Below are positions 16,589-25,823 of a stretch of DNA of 64,000 nt, piece after piece. The notes under the pieces were generated by a model that had not been told where the DNA came from, ran no database searches, and was given only the letters and a program-made list of their open reading frames with translations. Both the position numbers and the translations under genes were made by a program. Within the stretch, counting starts at the first letter, position 1. Every line of letters starts with the position of its first letter. Where the stretch lies: contig JAOPTX010000037.1 of NCBI GenBank assembly GCA_051532055.1, positions 32,001 to 96,000 of the forward strand, read 5' to 3'. The stretch comes from Fibrobacterales bacterium (GTDB lineage: Bacteria > Fibrobacterota > Fibrobacteria > Fibrobacterales > JAOPTW01).

Positions 16589-17524
16589 GTGCACGAATAT
16601 CTAACAATCAGCACAAACAAAATCCTTATCGTTGAGAACAAGGGTATTGAACGGGGATCCCTCCATCAGGATTTCATTAAAAACGGCTATCACATTACTG
16701 TTGTAGATAACTTCTTTAATGCTATGGAGCGCCTTAAAACTCAAGAATTTGATCTTATCATTTCTGAAGTGAAGTTAACCGATTCTAACGGCTATAAACT
16801 TCTCAGTGAGGCTCGCAAGATTTGCCCTACTGCAGGTCGGCTTCTATTGACAGATGATAATATTGAGAGTAATATGAATCTCATCAAAGATTACTCTATT
16901 GAAAATATTATTCCTGTTCCCAAGCCATTCGACTCTACTGAAATTATTGATGCTACAAGTAAACTCATATCTAAAGACATCTTTGGACTTGAGAAGTATC
17001 TCAAAAAGCGTACGAAGGTTAAAAAAATATTACTCAGGTCACCGAGACAGATTGATGAAATCTGTGAAGACCTTACCCAGCTCTATGGACTGAAACACAA
17101 TATCGATAAACTTAAAGTCGTTCTGACAGAGCTTATGACCAATGCCCTCTTTTATGGGGCTAAAAGTGAAGACGGCTCTAAGAAAAACATGTGGGACCGT
17201 GACTTTGTCCTTCCTGAAGGCGAGGCTATTGAGATCTGGCACGGAAAAGATAGTGAAAAAAATGGTATTGCAATTATAGATAACGGTGGTAAGCTCGACT
17301 CAAAAACCATACTCTACTGGCTTGATCGACAGATAACCAATGGTGAAAAAGGGTTCCCTAAAGGGCTTCTCGATTCCCATGGTCGTGGCCTCTATATCTC
17401 TCGTAAGCTTGCAGATCGACTTATTATCAACATCGAAGCACAGAAAAAAAGTGAATGTATTATTCTCAACTACAATGAAGAGAAACATTCAGACAGTAAG
17501 CCTATTAGGATTTGTGAAGTCTAG
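16589..17524 (+). CDS. Atypical receiver domain fused to a GHKL/HATPase (anti-sigma-kinase-like) domain
   Basis: N-terminal REC fold (ILIVE...DLIISE...KPF); C-terminal ELMTNA, IIDNGG, HGRGLYISR. Confidence 0.75.
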   Translation: MHEYLTISTNKILIVENKGIERGSLHQDFIKNGYHITVVDNFFNAMERLKTQEFDLIISEVKLTDSNGYKLLSEARKICPTAGRLLLTDDNIESNMNLIKDYSIENIIPVPKPFDSTEIIDATSKLISKDIFGLEKYLKKRTKVKKILLRSPRQIDEICEDLTQLYGLKHNIDKLKVVLTELMTNALFYGAKSEDGSKKNMWDRDFVLPEGEAIEIWHGKDSEKNGIAIIDNGGKLDSKTILYWLDRQITNGEKGFPKGLLDSHGRGLYISRKLADRLIINIEAQKKSECIILNYNEEKHSDSKPIRICEV

Positions 17525-17544
17525 GAGTCTGTCAGACTCCTAGA
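17520..17544. terminator. Hairpin between convergent genes
   Basis: TCTAGGAGTCTG-T-CAGACTCCTAGA inverted repeat. Confidence 0.6.
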
Positions 17545-17553
17545 AAACCTCAA

Positions 17554-19119
17554 TTAATTTTCCATTGTCTTTTCAAAGGTCAGACCTTCGTAGTTTTTTT
17601 CAGCGAGATTTAGCTTGAATTCGTTCGGAAAGAGACACACCAAATTACCCTCTTTATCTGTCGAACAGTTAAAGCCGTACTCTTTTACGAATTTCTTTAT
17701 TTCCTCTTTATCACCCACAATCCAACGTGCCTCAAACACATTAAATCGATCAAGGATAACATTGGCCTGATACTCATGCTCTAGACGATGTTTAAGAACA
17801 TCAAATTGCAGTTCTCCCACAACACCAATAATCGCTGTAGGCGACTGAATTGGTTGAAAGAGCTGGGTCGCTCCCTCTTCTGAAAGCTGGTCGAGCCCTT
17901 TTTTCATCTGCTTTGACTTTAACGGATTCTCAAGAGTAACTTTCGCAAAATATTCAGGAGCAAAGTGTGGAATACCATGGAATTTAAATTTCTCACCCGC
18001 AGTCAATGTGTCACCAATGTTAAATATTCCAGGGTCATTTATCCCCACAATATCTCCTGCATAGGCAACGTCAAGAATATCTTTATTCTTAGCCATAAAT
18101 GAAGTTGGCGCCGCCATACTTAGTTTTTTACCAGTACGACAGTGAACTACCTTTGAGCCACGTTCAAATTTCCCTGAACAAATACGCATAAATGCCGTTC
18201 TATCGCGATGTTTCGGATCCATATTTGCTTGAATTTTAAAAATAAATCCAGAAAATTTTTCTTCGTGTGGATCAACAACCCGAACATCAGTGTCCCGAGG
18301 AAGCGGTGGCGGTGCTAATCGCTCAAAGGTATCAAGGAGCTGTTTTACTCCAAAGTTAGCAATAGCAGAGCCATAAAAAACAGGGCACTGGTCGCCATTC
18401 AAAAAAGCTTCTTGATCAAAGGGTTCCATCACTCCAGTAACCAGGTCGTAGCGTTCACGAAGCTCGGTTACATCACGCTCATCAAACAGGTCGTCTAGTT
18501 TTGGATCATCAATACCCGAGAGTTGTACAACCTCTTGCTCACTTCCATCTTTTGAATATGAATGTAGGGTATCATCAATAATAGAATAGACCCCTTTAAA
18601 GAGCTTCCCATAGCCGATTGGGAGCGAAAAAGGCGCACATTTAATTTTTAATATTTCTTCAATCTCATCAATGAGGTCAATAGCATCTTTGCCATCAAGA
18701 TCCATCTTATTGATAAAGGTAATAATAGGAGTTTTACGAAGACGACACACATCCATCAATTTGATTGTTTGTCGTTCCACACCATTTACTGAGTCGAGAA
18801 GTACCAAAGCAGAGTCTACTGCAGTGAGTGCTCTATAGGTATCCTCACTAAAGTCTTGGTGACCCGGAGTATCGAGTAGATTAAACTGCGAATTTCCATG
18901 AGGAAAGTTGAGCACCGATGACGATACCGAAATTCCCCGTTGTTGTTCAATCTTCATCCAGTCAGAGGTTGTATGCGAACGATTCTGCTTTGCACGAACA
19001 TGACCCGCTTCGCGAATAACCTTGCCATACCAAAGAAATTTCTCTGTAATGGTGGTTTTACCTGCATCCGGGTGGGATACAATAGCGAAGGTCCTGCGTT
19101 TTTCTATCTCATTTCTCAT
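17554..19119 (-). CDS. prfC: Peptide chain release factor 3
   Basis: RRTFAIVSHPDAGKTT, SDWM.IEQQRGIS, DTPGHQDFSEDTYR, FKIQANMDPKHRDR. Confidence 0.97.
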   Translation of the reverse strand: MRNEIEKRRTFAIVSHPDAGKTTITEKFLWYGKVIREAGHVRAKQNRSHTTSDWMKIEQQRGISVSSSVLNFPHGNSQFNLLDTPGHQDFSEDTYRALTAVDSALVLLDSVNGVERQTIKLMDVCRLRKTPIITFINKMDLDGKDAIDLIDEIEEILKIKCAPFSLPIGYGKLFKGVYSIIDDTLHSYSKDGSEQEVVQLSGIDDPKLDDLFDERDVTELRERYDLVTGVMEPFDQEAFLNGDQCPVFYGSAIANFGVKQLLDTFERLAPPPLPRDTDVRVVDPHEEKFSGFIFKIQANMDPKHRDRTAFMRICSGKFERGSKVVHCRTGKKLSMAAPTSFMAKNKDILDVAYAGDIVGINDPGIFNIGDTLTAGEKFKFHGIPHFAPEYFAKVTLENPLKSKQMKKGLDQLSEEGATQLFQPIQSPTAIIGVVGELQFDVLKHRLEHEYQANVILDRFNVFEARWIVGDKEEIKKFVKEYGFNCSTDKEGNLVCLFPNEFKLNLAEKNYEGLTFEKTMEN

Positions 19120-19127
19120 ATATACTA

Positions 19128-19712
19128 CTATTTAAAAAGGTCTACTCGTGGAATAACTACTGGAGTACCTTTTGGAATGGCGTTAAAGTTTATTGTTGGG
19201 TTCAGCGTTTTAAGCTCATACTTAATAAGCACATCTGGAATCGCTTCTGAATAAATATTGTACTGCTTTGAAAGGAGCTGTTTGATACTCATTGTAGTAC
19301 GTGGTGTAATGCTTATGAACAACCCCTTATTTTGAGGGTCATTTTTCATTTTAGTGATCTGTTTAGAGAAGCGCTCAACAAACAACTCCTTAGTAATAAA
19401 TTTTTTGGTCGTAATTTTTTGACCTGAGGTCCTATTTTTTAAGCTCCCCATTTGAGGCTTTTTCACAAGAGCTGTTTCAAGATCCATTTCAAGTTTTTTC
19501 TTGCGATGGGTGGTATCTTGTTTGTAATGACGGATATTTTTTGCGCTATCAAGGTCGAGTGAATCGGGAAATTGTTCAAGAGTTACTTTTTGACCTATTT
19601 TTGATTTGAACTCATATTCACCCTCACTGCTGCACCCTATGATTCCCCAAAGGGTAAAAAGAGTGCATATGAACACTCCTATCTTAATATTTTTGTAAAA
19701 ACAGTGAACCAT
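19128..19712 (-). CDS. Hypothetical basic lipoprotein with LysM-like C-terminus
   Basis: Lipobox IIGC; C-terminal LKTLNP..NFNAIP.GT.VVIP resembles the end of a LysM fold. Confidence 0.55.
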   Translation of the reverse strand: MVHCFYKNIKIGVFICTLFTLWGIIGCSSEGEYEFKSKIGQKVTLEQFPDSLDLDSAKNIRHYKQDTTHRKKKLEMDLETALVKKPQMGSLKNRTSGQKITTKKFITKELFVERFSKQITKMKNDPQNKGLFISITPRTTMSIKQLLSKQYNIYSEAIPDVLIKYELKTLNPTINFNAIPKGTPVVIPRVDLFK

Positions 19713-19857
19713 GTGCCTAGTAATTATCCCTAATAAGGGTCAAAGTTAATAAAATGCCCCCTTTTATTCACTATCACTGGAATAATTCATTGATTAATGG
19801 CTAAATAGTTCTATATTTGCATCGAATTAAAAAACGTGACACTTAACGGATACTTAT

Positions 19858-20154
19858 ATGAAAGAAGGATTACATCCATCATACAGCCCAGTAGTTTTTA
19901 TTGATGCTAGTACTAAAGCTGAATTTGCTACTAAATCAACCATGACCTCTAAAGAGACTAAAGAGATTGATGGTGTTGAACACTACATTATTCAATGCGA
20001 GGTGACTTCAGACTCTCACCCATTTTGGACTGGTAAAGTTCATAGACTCGATACTGCAGGACGTATTGACCGTTTCGCTAAGAAATATGACAAAATTACA
20101 TCAGGCAAAAGAAAAACAAGAAAAGAAGTTACTCGTAAGAAAGACGAAGAATAA
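19858..20154 (+). CDS. rpmE: 50S ribosomal protein L31, type B (no Zn ribbon)
   Basis: MK.GLHP.Y.PVVF.D.ST...F.T.ST...SDSHPFWTGK...DTAGRIDRF. Confidence 0.95.
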   Translation: MKEGLHPSYSPVVFIDASTKAEFATKSTMTSKETKEIDGVEHYIIQCEVTSDSHPFWTGKVHRLDTAGRIDRFAKKYDKITSGKRKTRKEVTRKKDEE

Positions 20155-20176
20155 CACTCTTTTTTCATCAGTATTT

Positions 20177-20204
20177 AAGGTCAACTCAAAGTTGACCTTT
20201 TTTT
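20177..20204 (+). terminator. Rho-independent terminator
   Basis: AAGGTCAACT-CAA-AGTTGACCTT plus T run. Confidence 0.85.
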
Positions 20205-20342
20205 GTTTCTATTAACTGCAATTCATTGCAATTCTTTATAAATCCTTGTAAAATAATATATTTCATAAGGATTTGATTGTTTTGGCTCATGATACCCATC
20301 CTGAGGAACATTCGAACCTAAGACTTTTTAGAGGTAGATATA

Positions 20343-21800
20343 ATGAACATTGAACTCAGAACAATTGCTCAAGCAAAATCAATAACAGAACCACTGGTAA
20401 TTTTTTGTAAAAAAGGGAGTATACAACTCTCAACACCTAGTGCTCATGTTTCGCCGGAATCAAAAGAAATAGTCAAGCAACTTGAAGAGAGCAGACTCAC
20501 TGGGACTCAAGTGATTCAAGGAACTCCTGAGACTATTGTTCATGAAATTGCAGAGCCTAAAGGACTTGATACTACAGAGCACCTCAGAATTGCATCCTAC
20601 CGCGTTTCTGTTTTTGCGCAAAAAAGAAAAAATGAATCTATCGCTCTCGTACTACCTAAGATTAAAGATGAAGCCCTCTCAGCACTCTGTCAAGGCTTCC
20701 TCACCGGCGGATACAGTTTTACAGGATACAAGTCTGAACCTACAGAACAACAACCGGTAACCCTTGTACTCTATGTCGATGGATCAGAAAAACGACACTT
20801 TCAAAAAATTGTTGATCGTGAAATTACACTCGGCCTTGGTGCCACCGTTACACGAGACCTTATTAACGAGCCAGGTTCAAGTCTTACTCCAAAAGATTTT
20901 GTTACACGTGCTAAAAAACTCGCCGCTGCAACTGATAGTATTGAGATATCTATACGAGACAAAAAAGCACTTGCCAAAGAAGGCTTCAACGGACTCATTA
21001 CTGTAGGAAAAGGGAGTCCAAACGACCCTTATATGGTAACGCTCAACTACACTCATAGCAAAGCACCTAAAACGACTAAGCTTGCACTTGTCGGCAAAGG
21101 AATCACCTTCGATACCGGTGGGATATCTTTAAAGCCAGCGGGAAGTATGTGGGAAATGCGCATGGATATGGGTGGTGCCGGAACTGTTCTTGGTGCGTTT
21201 AAAGCAATTGCTGAACTCAAACTCCCTATAAATGTATCTGCGGTTATCTGCCTCGCCGAGAACCGTCCTGGGCAAGACGCTGCACTCCCTGGAGATATTT
21301 TTACTGCGAAAAATGGTAAAACAATTCAAGTTGAGAATACCGATGCAGAAGGACGCCTCGTTCTAACAGATGGACTCGCAGAAGCGGGACTCATTGGGGC
21401 GACTCATATTATTGATCTTGCAACCTTAACCGGTGCCATTGTAAGAGCTATTGGCCCTAAAATGACTGGCCTCTTTTCAAATAAAGATGCATTTGCAACA
21501 ACAATTTTGAAATCAGGCAAAGCAAATGGTGAAAAGTTTTGGCACATGCCTCTCGAAGAAGAGTATCGTGACGAGCTCGACGATAAAGTTGCCGACCTCC
21601 GCAATATTAGTGAATCGGCTGGGGCAATCACTGCCGGACTCTTTTTACAGGAATTTGTACCTGAAGGTGCAATCTGGGCCCACCTTGATATTGCAGGTAC
21701 TGCCTTCATCACCAAAGAGTGGAAATATTACAATTGGGGTGCTACAGGATGGGGAGTACGCTCACTTGTCTCTATAGCAGAAAGCCTCACTAAGAAATAA
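20343..21800 (+). CDS. pepA: Leucyl aminopeptidase (M17)
   Basis: GKGITFDTGG, DMGGA, NTDAEGRL.L.D, DLATLTGA, HLDIAG. Confidence 0.95.
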   Translation: MNIELRTIAQAKSITEPLVIFCKKGSIQLSTPSAHVSPESKEIVKQLEESRLTGTQVIQGTPETIVHEIAEPKGLDTTEHLRIASYRVSVFAQKRKNESIALVLPKIKDEALSALCQGFLTGGYSFTGYKSEPTEQQPVTLVLYVDGSEKRHFQKIVDREITLGLGATVTRDLINEPGSSLTPKDFVTRAKKLAAATDSIEISIRDKKALAKEGFNGLITVGKGSPNDPYMVTLNYTHSKAPKTTKLALVGKGITFDTGGISLKPAGSMWEMRMDMGGAGTVLGAFKAIAELKLPINVSAVICLAENRPGQDAALPGDIFTAKNGKTIQVENTDAEGRLVLTDGLAEAGLIGATHIIDLATLTGAIVRAIGPKMTGLFSNKDAFATTILKSGKANGEKFWHMPLEEEYRDELDDKVADLRNISESAGAITAGLFLQEFVPEGAIWAHLDIAGTAFITKEWKYYNWGATGWGVRSLVSIAESLTKK

Positions 21801-21848
21801 CAACGACCTCGGCCCAGCCGAAGTGAACAACCTAACAATGGAACTTGT

Positions 21849-23636
21849 GTGAAAGATAAAATTGCTATTCTCGATTTTGGTGGTCAATATGTACACCTAA
21901 TAGCGAACAAAGTACGTCGTCTTGGTGTCTATTCCGAGATATTTCTCCCTACTGAATCAGCTGATACGTTTAAGGATTACAAAGGAATTATTTTTTCTGG
22001 AGGCCCTTCAAGCGTCTACGCTGAAGATCGTCCTGATTTTAATAGTGACCTTATTAATCTCACTATTCCCAAACTCGGTATCTGTTATGGGCATCAACTC
22101 ATCAATCAACAACTGGGCGGCACTGTAGAAGTAGGTGAAGTTCAAGAGTATGGTGTTTCACAACTTCTCGTTCCTAAAGATCCACACCCACTCCTTAAAA
22201 ACCTGCCAGACTCCTCCCCTATGTGGATGAGTCATGGTGACAAAGTAAGTGTTCCTGCTGAAGGATTTGTTACCATCGCTTCTACCGATGACTGTGAGCA
22301 GTCTGCAGTGGCAAACGATACCCTTAAAAGCTATGGCATTCAATTTCACCCAGAAGTAACCCACTCAGAGTTTGGTATGAAAATACTTGAGAACTTTATT
22401 GATATATGTGAATGTGCAAAAGATTGGGATGCTGCATCTTATATTGATGAGATCAGCAATAAAATTAAAGCACAGGTAGGTGATAAAAACGTACTTCTCC
22501 TCGTTTCGGGTGGCGTAGACTCTACCGTTGCTTTTGTACTCCTCAATAATGTACTTGGTCAAGACCGAGTAATAGGTGTTCATATTGACAATGGACTTAT
22601 GCGCCTCAATGAAAGCGCTGAGGTTGATATTTTCCTTAAAGACCACAACATGCACAACCTAAAAATTGTTGATGCATCTGACCTCTTTTTAGGTAATCTG
22701 AAAGGTGAATTTGCACCAGAGGCAAAACGAAAAATAATCGGCGATACTTTTCTCGATGTAAAAGATAATGAAATCGAAGGAATGGACCTCGATCCTGAAC
22801 AATGGATTATGGCTCAAGGTACTATCTACCCTGACACTATTGAGTCTGGTGGTACTAAGAATGCTGACGTCATTAAAACACACCATAACCGAGTTCCAAA
22901 AGTAATGGAGCTCCTTGAGCAAGGAAAAGTGATCGAACCCCTTGCTGAGCTCTATAAAGATGAAGTTCGTGACTTGGGGGCTGAACTTGATATCCCCCAC
23001 GCACTTCTTTGGAGGCATCCATTTCCAGGACCAGGTCTCGGTGTACGTCTCCTTTGTAGTGATGGAACGCATATAGAAAACCCTCATATTGAGGGCCTTG
23101 CCGACTATCTTCTTCAAAATGATATCCAAGGAAAGATTCTCCCCATTCACAGTGTGGGTGTTCAAGGTGACGCCCGTACCTATGCGCAACCTTTTGTTAT
23201 TCAAAACGAAATGGGCTGGCGTGACTGTGAAACATACTCTACAGCTATTACTAATCGATTTAAAGAACTTAACCGCTTAGTATATCAAGTCAATAGTGAT
23301 CCATTGATTCACTATGAGCTTGTGGAGCAGTATTCAACTCGAGATCGTCTTGATATTCTGAGAACTATTGATGCAATATGTACAGAGTTCCTCTTAGCAA
23401 ACAACCTCTACAATGAAATTTGGCAGATGCCTGTTGTACTTCTTCCCCTTACCACTAATGGTAAGCCTGTAGCAGTGCTCCGCCCTGTTTGTTCAACTGA
23501 AGCTATGACCGCAAATTTTTACGAGATGGACCGCACTCTACTCAATCAACTCTGGACCAAAGTTGAAGCTGCAGGCCTTGGTGCACTCCTCTATGATATT
23601 ACTCATAAACCCCCAGGAACCATTGAGTGGGAATAG
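21849..23636 (+). CDS. guaA: GMP synthase (glutamine-hydrolysing)
   Basis: ILDFGGQY, GICYGHQ, QFHPEV, SGGVDS, QGTIYPD.IES, IKTHHN, HPFPGPGL, KPPGTIEWE. Confidence 0.97.
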   Translation: MKDKIAILDFGGQYVHLIANKVRRLGVYSEIFLPTESADTFKDYKGIIFSGGPSSVYAEDRPDFNSDLINLTIPKLGICYGHQLINQQLGGTVEVGEVQEYGVSQLLVPKDPHPLLKNLPDSSPMWMSHGDKVSVPAEGFVTIASTDDCEQSAVANDTLKSYGIQFHPEVTHSEFGMKILENFIDICECAKDWDAASYIDEISNKIKAQVGDKNVLLLVSGGVDSTVAFVLLNNVLGQDRVIGVHIDNGLMRLNESAEVDIFLKDHNMHNLKIVDASDLFLGNLKGEFAPEAKRKIIGDTFLDVKDNEIEGMDLDPEQWIMAQGTIYPDTIESGGTKNADVIKTHHNRVPKVMELLEQGKVIEPLAELYKDEVRDLGAELDIPHALLWRHPFPGPGLGVRLLCSDGTHIENPHIEGLADYLLQNDIQGKILPIHSVGVQGDARTYAQPFVIQNEMGWRDCETYSTAITNRFKELNRLVYQVNSDPLIHYELVEQYSTRDRLDILRTIDAICTEFLLANNLYNEIWQMPVVLLPLTTNGKPVAVLRPVCSTEAMTANFYEMDRTLLNQLWTKVEAAGLGALLYDITHKPPGTIEWE

Positions 23637-24832
23637 AGCTAAAAAAAACTATTGAGAAGGCTATTTTGGTTGGAATATCAACCAGTAAAGTCCGCCCTAA
23701 AGTAATGCGAGAACACCTTGCAGAGCTGCAGCGCTTAACAGAGACTTCTGAAGCAGAAGTCGTCGAAATTGTTACTCAAAACATGAAGACCTACAATCCA
23801 TCGACATTGGTGGGTAAAGGAAAGCTTGAAGAGATTCGCCAACTGAGTCACATACACTGTGCTGAACTGGTTATCTTTGATGAAGACCTTTCGGGGTCTC
23901 AAATTCGTAATATTGAGAAAAGTTTACCTGACGTCAAGGTACTCGATCGTTCAGGTATTATTCTCGATATATTTTCGAAACACGCTAAAACATCTGAAGC
24001 ACAAATAATGGTTGAGATCGCACAGCACGAATACCTCATGCCCCGCCTTACCAATATGTGGACTCACCTCTGCCGACAAGTAGGTGGTATTGGTACCCGT
24101 GGTCCCGGTGAAACACAGCTTGAAACCGACAAGCGACTGGTCCAAAAACGCATTAAAGACCTCAAAAAGAAACTTCAAAAAATTGAAAAGGCACGCAACC
24201 TCCAAGCGAACAAACGAAATGCACAGTTCCATGTGGGAGTTGTTGGCTACACAAATGCCGGGAAATCTACCCTTACCAACCTTCTAACAAAAGCAAAAGT
24301 ACTGGTAGAAGATAAGCTTTTTGCAACTCTTGATAGTACAACGCGGAAGCTCTTTCTTGATACAGAACGCAGTTTGATTCTCTCGGACACGGTTGGATTT
24401 ATTAGAAAGCTTCCTCACCATTTGGTCGCCTCGTTTAGAAGTACTCTAGGCATTGCTGCACAATCAGACCTTATTTTACATGTTATTGATTCAAGTGCGA
24501 GCGATATGTATGATCATATGGAAGTGACCACATCAGTATTAAAAGAAATAACTGAAAAAAACATTCCTCAGCTTTTAGTATTTAACAAAGTTGATGCGTT
24601 AGACGAAACCGCTCGAACTACTCTTTATGAGAAGTTCCCTGATGCGGTGTTTATGTCGGCCCTTGAAAACATAGGGACAGATATCCTAAAGAATAAATTA
24701 AGTAACGAATACGACTCATGGCACTCTCGTATATTTGACCCTAAAACTGAAGAACGGGTCGAACATCTCGAAGAGAAGCTCTGGAGTGAAGATGGCATTG
24801 AGCCAAAGGAATTTATTGTTGATGACTATTAG
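23627..24832 (+). CDS. hflX: Ribosome-splitting GTPase HflX
   Basis: ILDIF, GIGTRGPGETQLETD, VGYTNAGKSTL, LFATLD, DTVGFI, NKVD. Confidence 0.97.
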   Translation: MGIELKKTIEKAILVGISTSKVRPKVMREHLAELQRLTETSEAEVVEIVTQNMKTYNPSTLVGKGKLEEIRQLSHIHCAELVIFDEDLSGSQIRNIEKSLPDVKVLDRSGIILDIFSKHAKTSEAQIMVEIAQHEYLMPRLTNMWTHLCRQVGGIGTRGPGETQLETDKRLVQKRIKDLKKKLQKIEKARNLQANKRNAQFHVGVVGYTNAGKSTLTNLLTKAKVLVEDKLFATLDSTTRKLFLDTERSLILSDTVGFIRKLPHHLVASFRSTLGIAAQSDLILHVIDSSASDMYDHMEVTTSVLKEITEKNIPQLLVFNKVDALDETARTTLYEKFPDAVFMSALENIGTDILKNKLSNEYDSWHSRIFDPKTEERVEHLEEKLWSEDGIEPKEFIVDDY

Positions 24833-25670
24833 CGGAAAAACCAAAATTGTTGGTATCCTTGGATATCCTGTAGAACATTCTTTCTCACCAAACATGCATA
24901 ACACTGGCTTTGCAGAACTTGGGTTAGACTTTTGTTACATCCCCTTAGAAACACACCCAGACAACCTTGAGCAAGCTGTAGCTGGCCTTAGAGCGATGAA
25001 TTTCGTAGGGGCAAATGTTACCATCCCTCACAAACAAAATGTTATTCAGTATCTCGATGAGGTTTCAGATATTTCAGAACTCATGCAGAGCGTGAATACT
25101 ATCTATAAAAAAGATGGAAAACTATGTGGCACCACTACAGATCCCTATGGCGCCTTAGAAAACCTCCGTCGATCTGGTGTTGAAATTACTGACCAAAAAG
25201 TAACACTTCTCGGGACTGGTGGTGCAGCAAGTGCTATTGCATGTGCATTTGCTCTTGAATACCCCAGCATTACTCTTACTATAGCTGGCATCAATGCAAC
25301 TGCCGGTGGTGACATCGTCGAAAAGATTAATACTAAAACCGAATGTAAAGCACTCTACATTGATTCATCAAAATATTCTGAAATTGCTCGGGAACAAAAA
25401 CTCCTTATTAATGCAACTCCACTAGGAATGCACCCTAATGAAGATGCGAGTGCTGTTTCGGCTGATTATATTTACCCTGGGCAAGTGGTATATGATATCG
25501 TCTATAATCCACGTGAAACGAAGCTTCTTAAAGATGCTGCTGCAAAAGGTGCTAAAACCGTACAGGGACTTGGAATGCTCGCCTATCAGGGCGTTAAATC
25601 TTTTGAGATCTGGACTGGTGTTGAAGAAGGACCTGCTGAGACCTTTGTATCAGTCTTAGATAAGTTATAA
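24822..25670 (+). CDS. aroE: Shikimate dehydrogenase
   Basis: GYPVEHSFSP.MHN, GANVTIPHK, SVNT, LGTGGAA, INATPLGM, DIVYNP, GLGMLAYQG; ATG at 24822. Confidence 0.95.
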   Translation: MTISGKTKIVGILGYPVEHSFSPNMHNTGFAELGLDFCYIPLETHPDNLEQAVAGLRAMNFVGANVTIPHKQNVIQYLDEVSDISELMQSVNTIYKKDGKLCGTTTDPYGALENLRRSGVEITDQKVTLLGTGGAASAIACAFALEYPSITLTIAGINATAGGDIVEKINTKTECKALYIDSSKYSEIAREQKLLINATPLGMHPNEDASAVSADYIYPGQVVYDIVYNPRETKLLKDAAAKGAKTVQGLGMLAYQGVKSFEIWTGVEEGPAETFVSVLDKL

Positions 25671-25755
25671 TCTAGAATCGGCCTGATATATTTTTTTTTG
25701 TTTCATTGGGCACCTCTCACAATAAATACCACTACTCCTCTTTGGATATTTAATC

Positions 25756-25813
25756 CGATTTCTGTAAAAAGAGCCACCCACTATTGTAGGTGACCCTCTT
25801 TTACAGGAAATCG
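25756..25813. terminator. Imperfect long inverted repeat between convergent genes
   Basis: CGATTTCTGTAAAAAGAG ... CTCTTTTACAGGAAATCG arms around a CACC/GGTG inner stem. Confidence 0.55.
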
Positions 25814-25823
25814 ATTTATAGTA

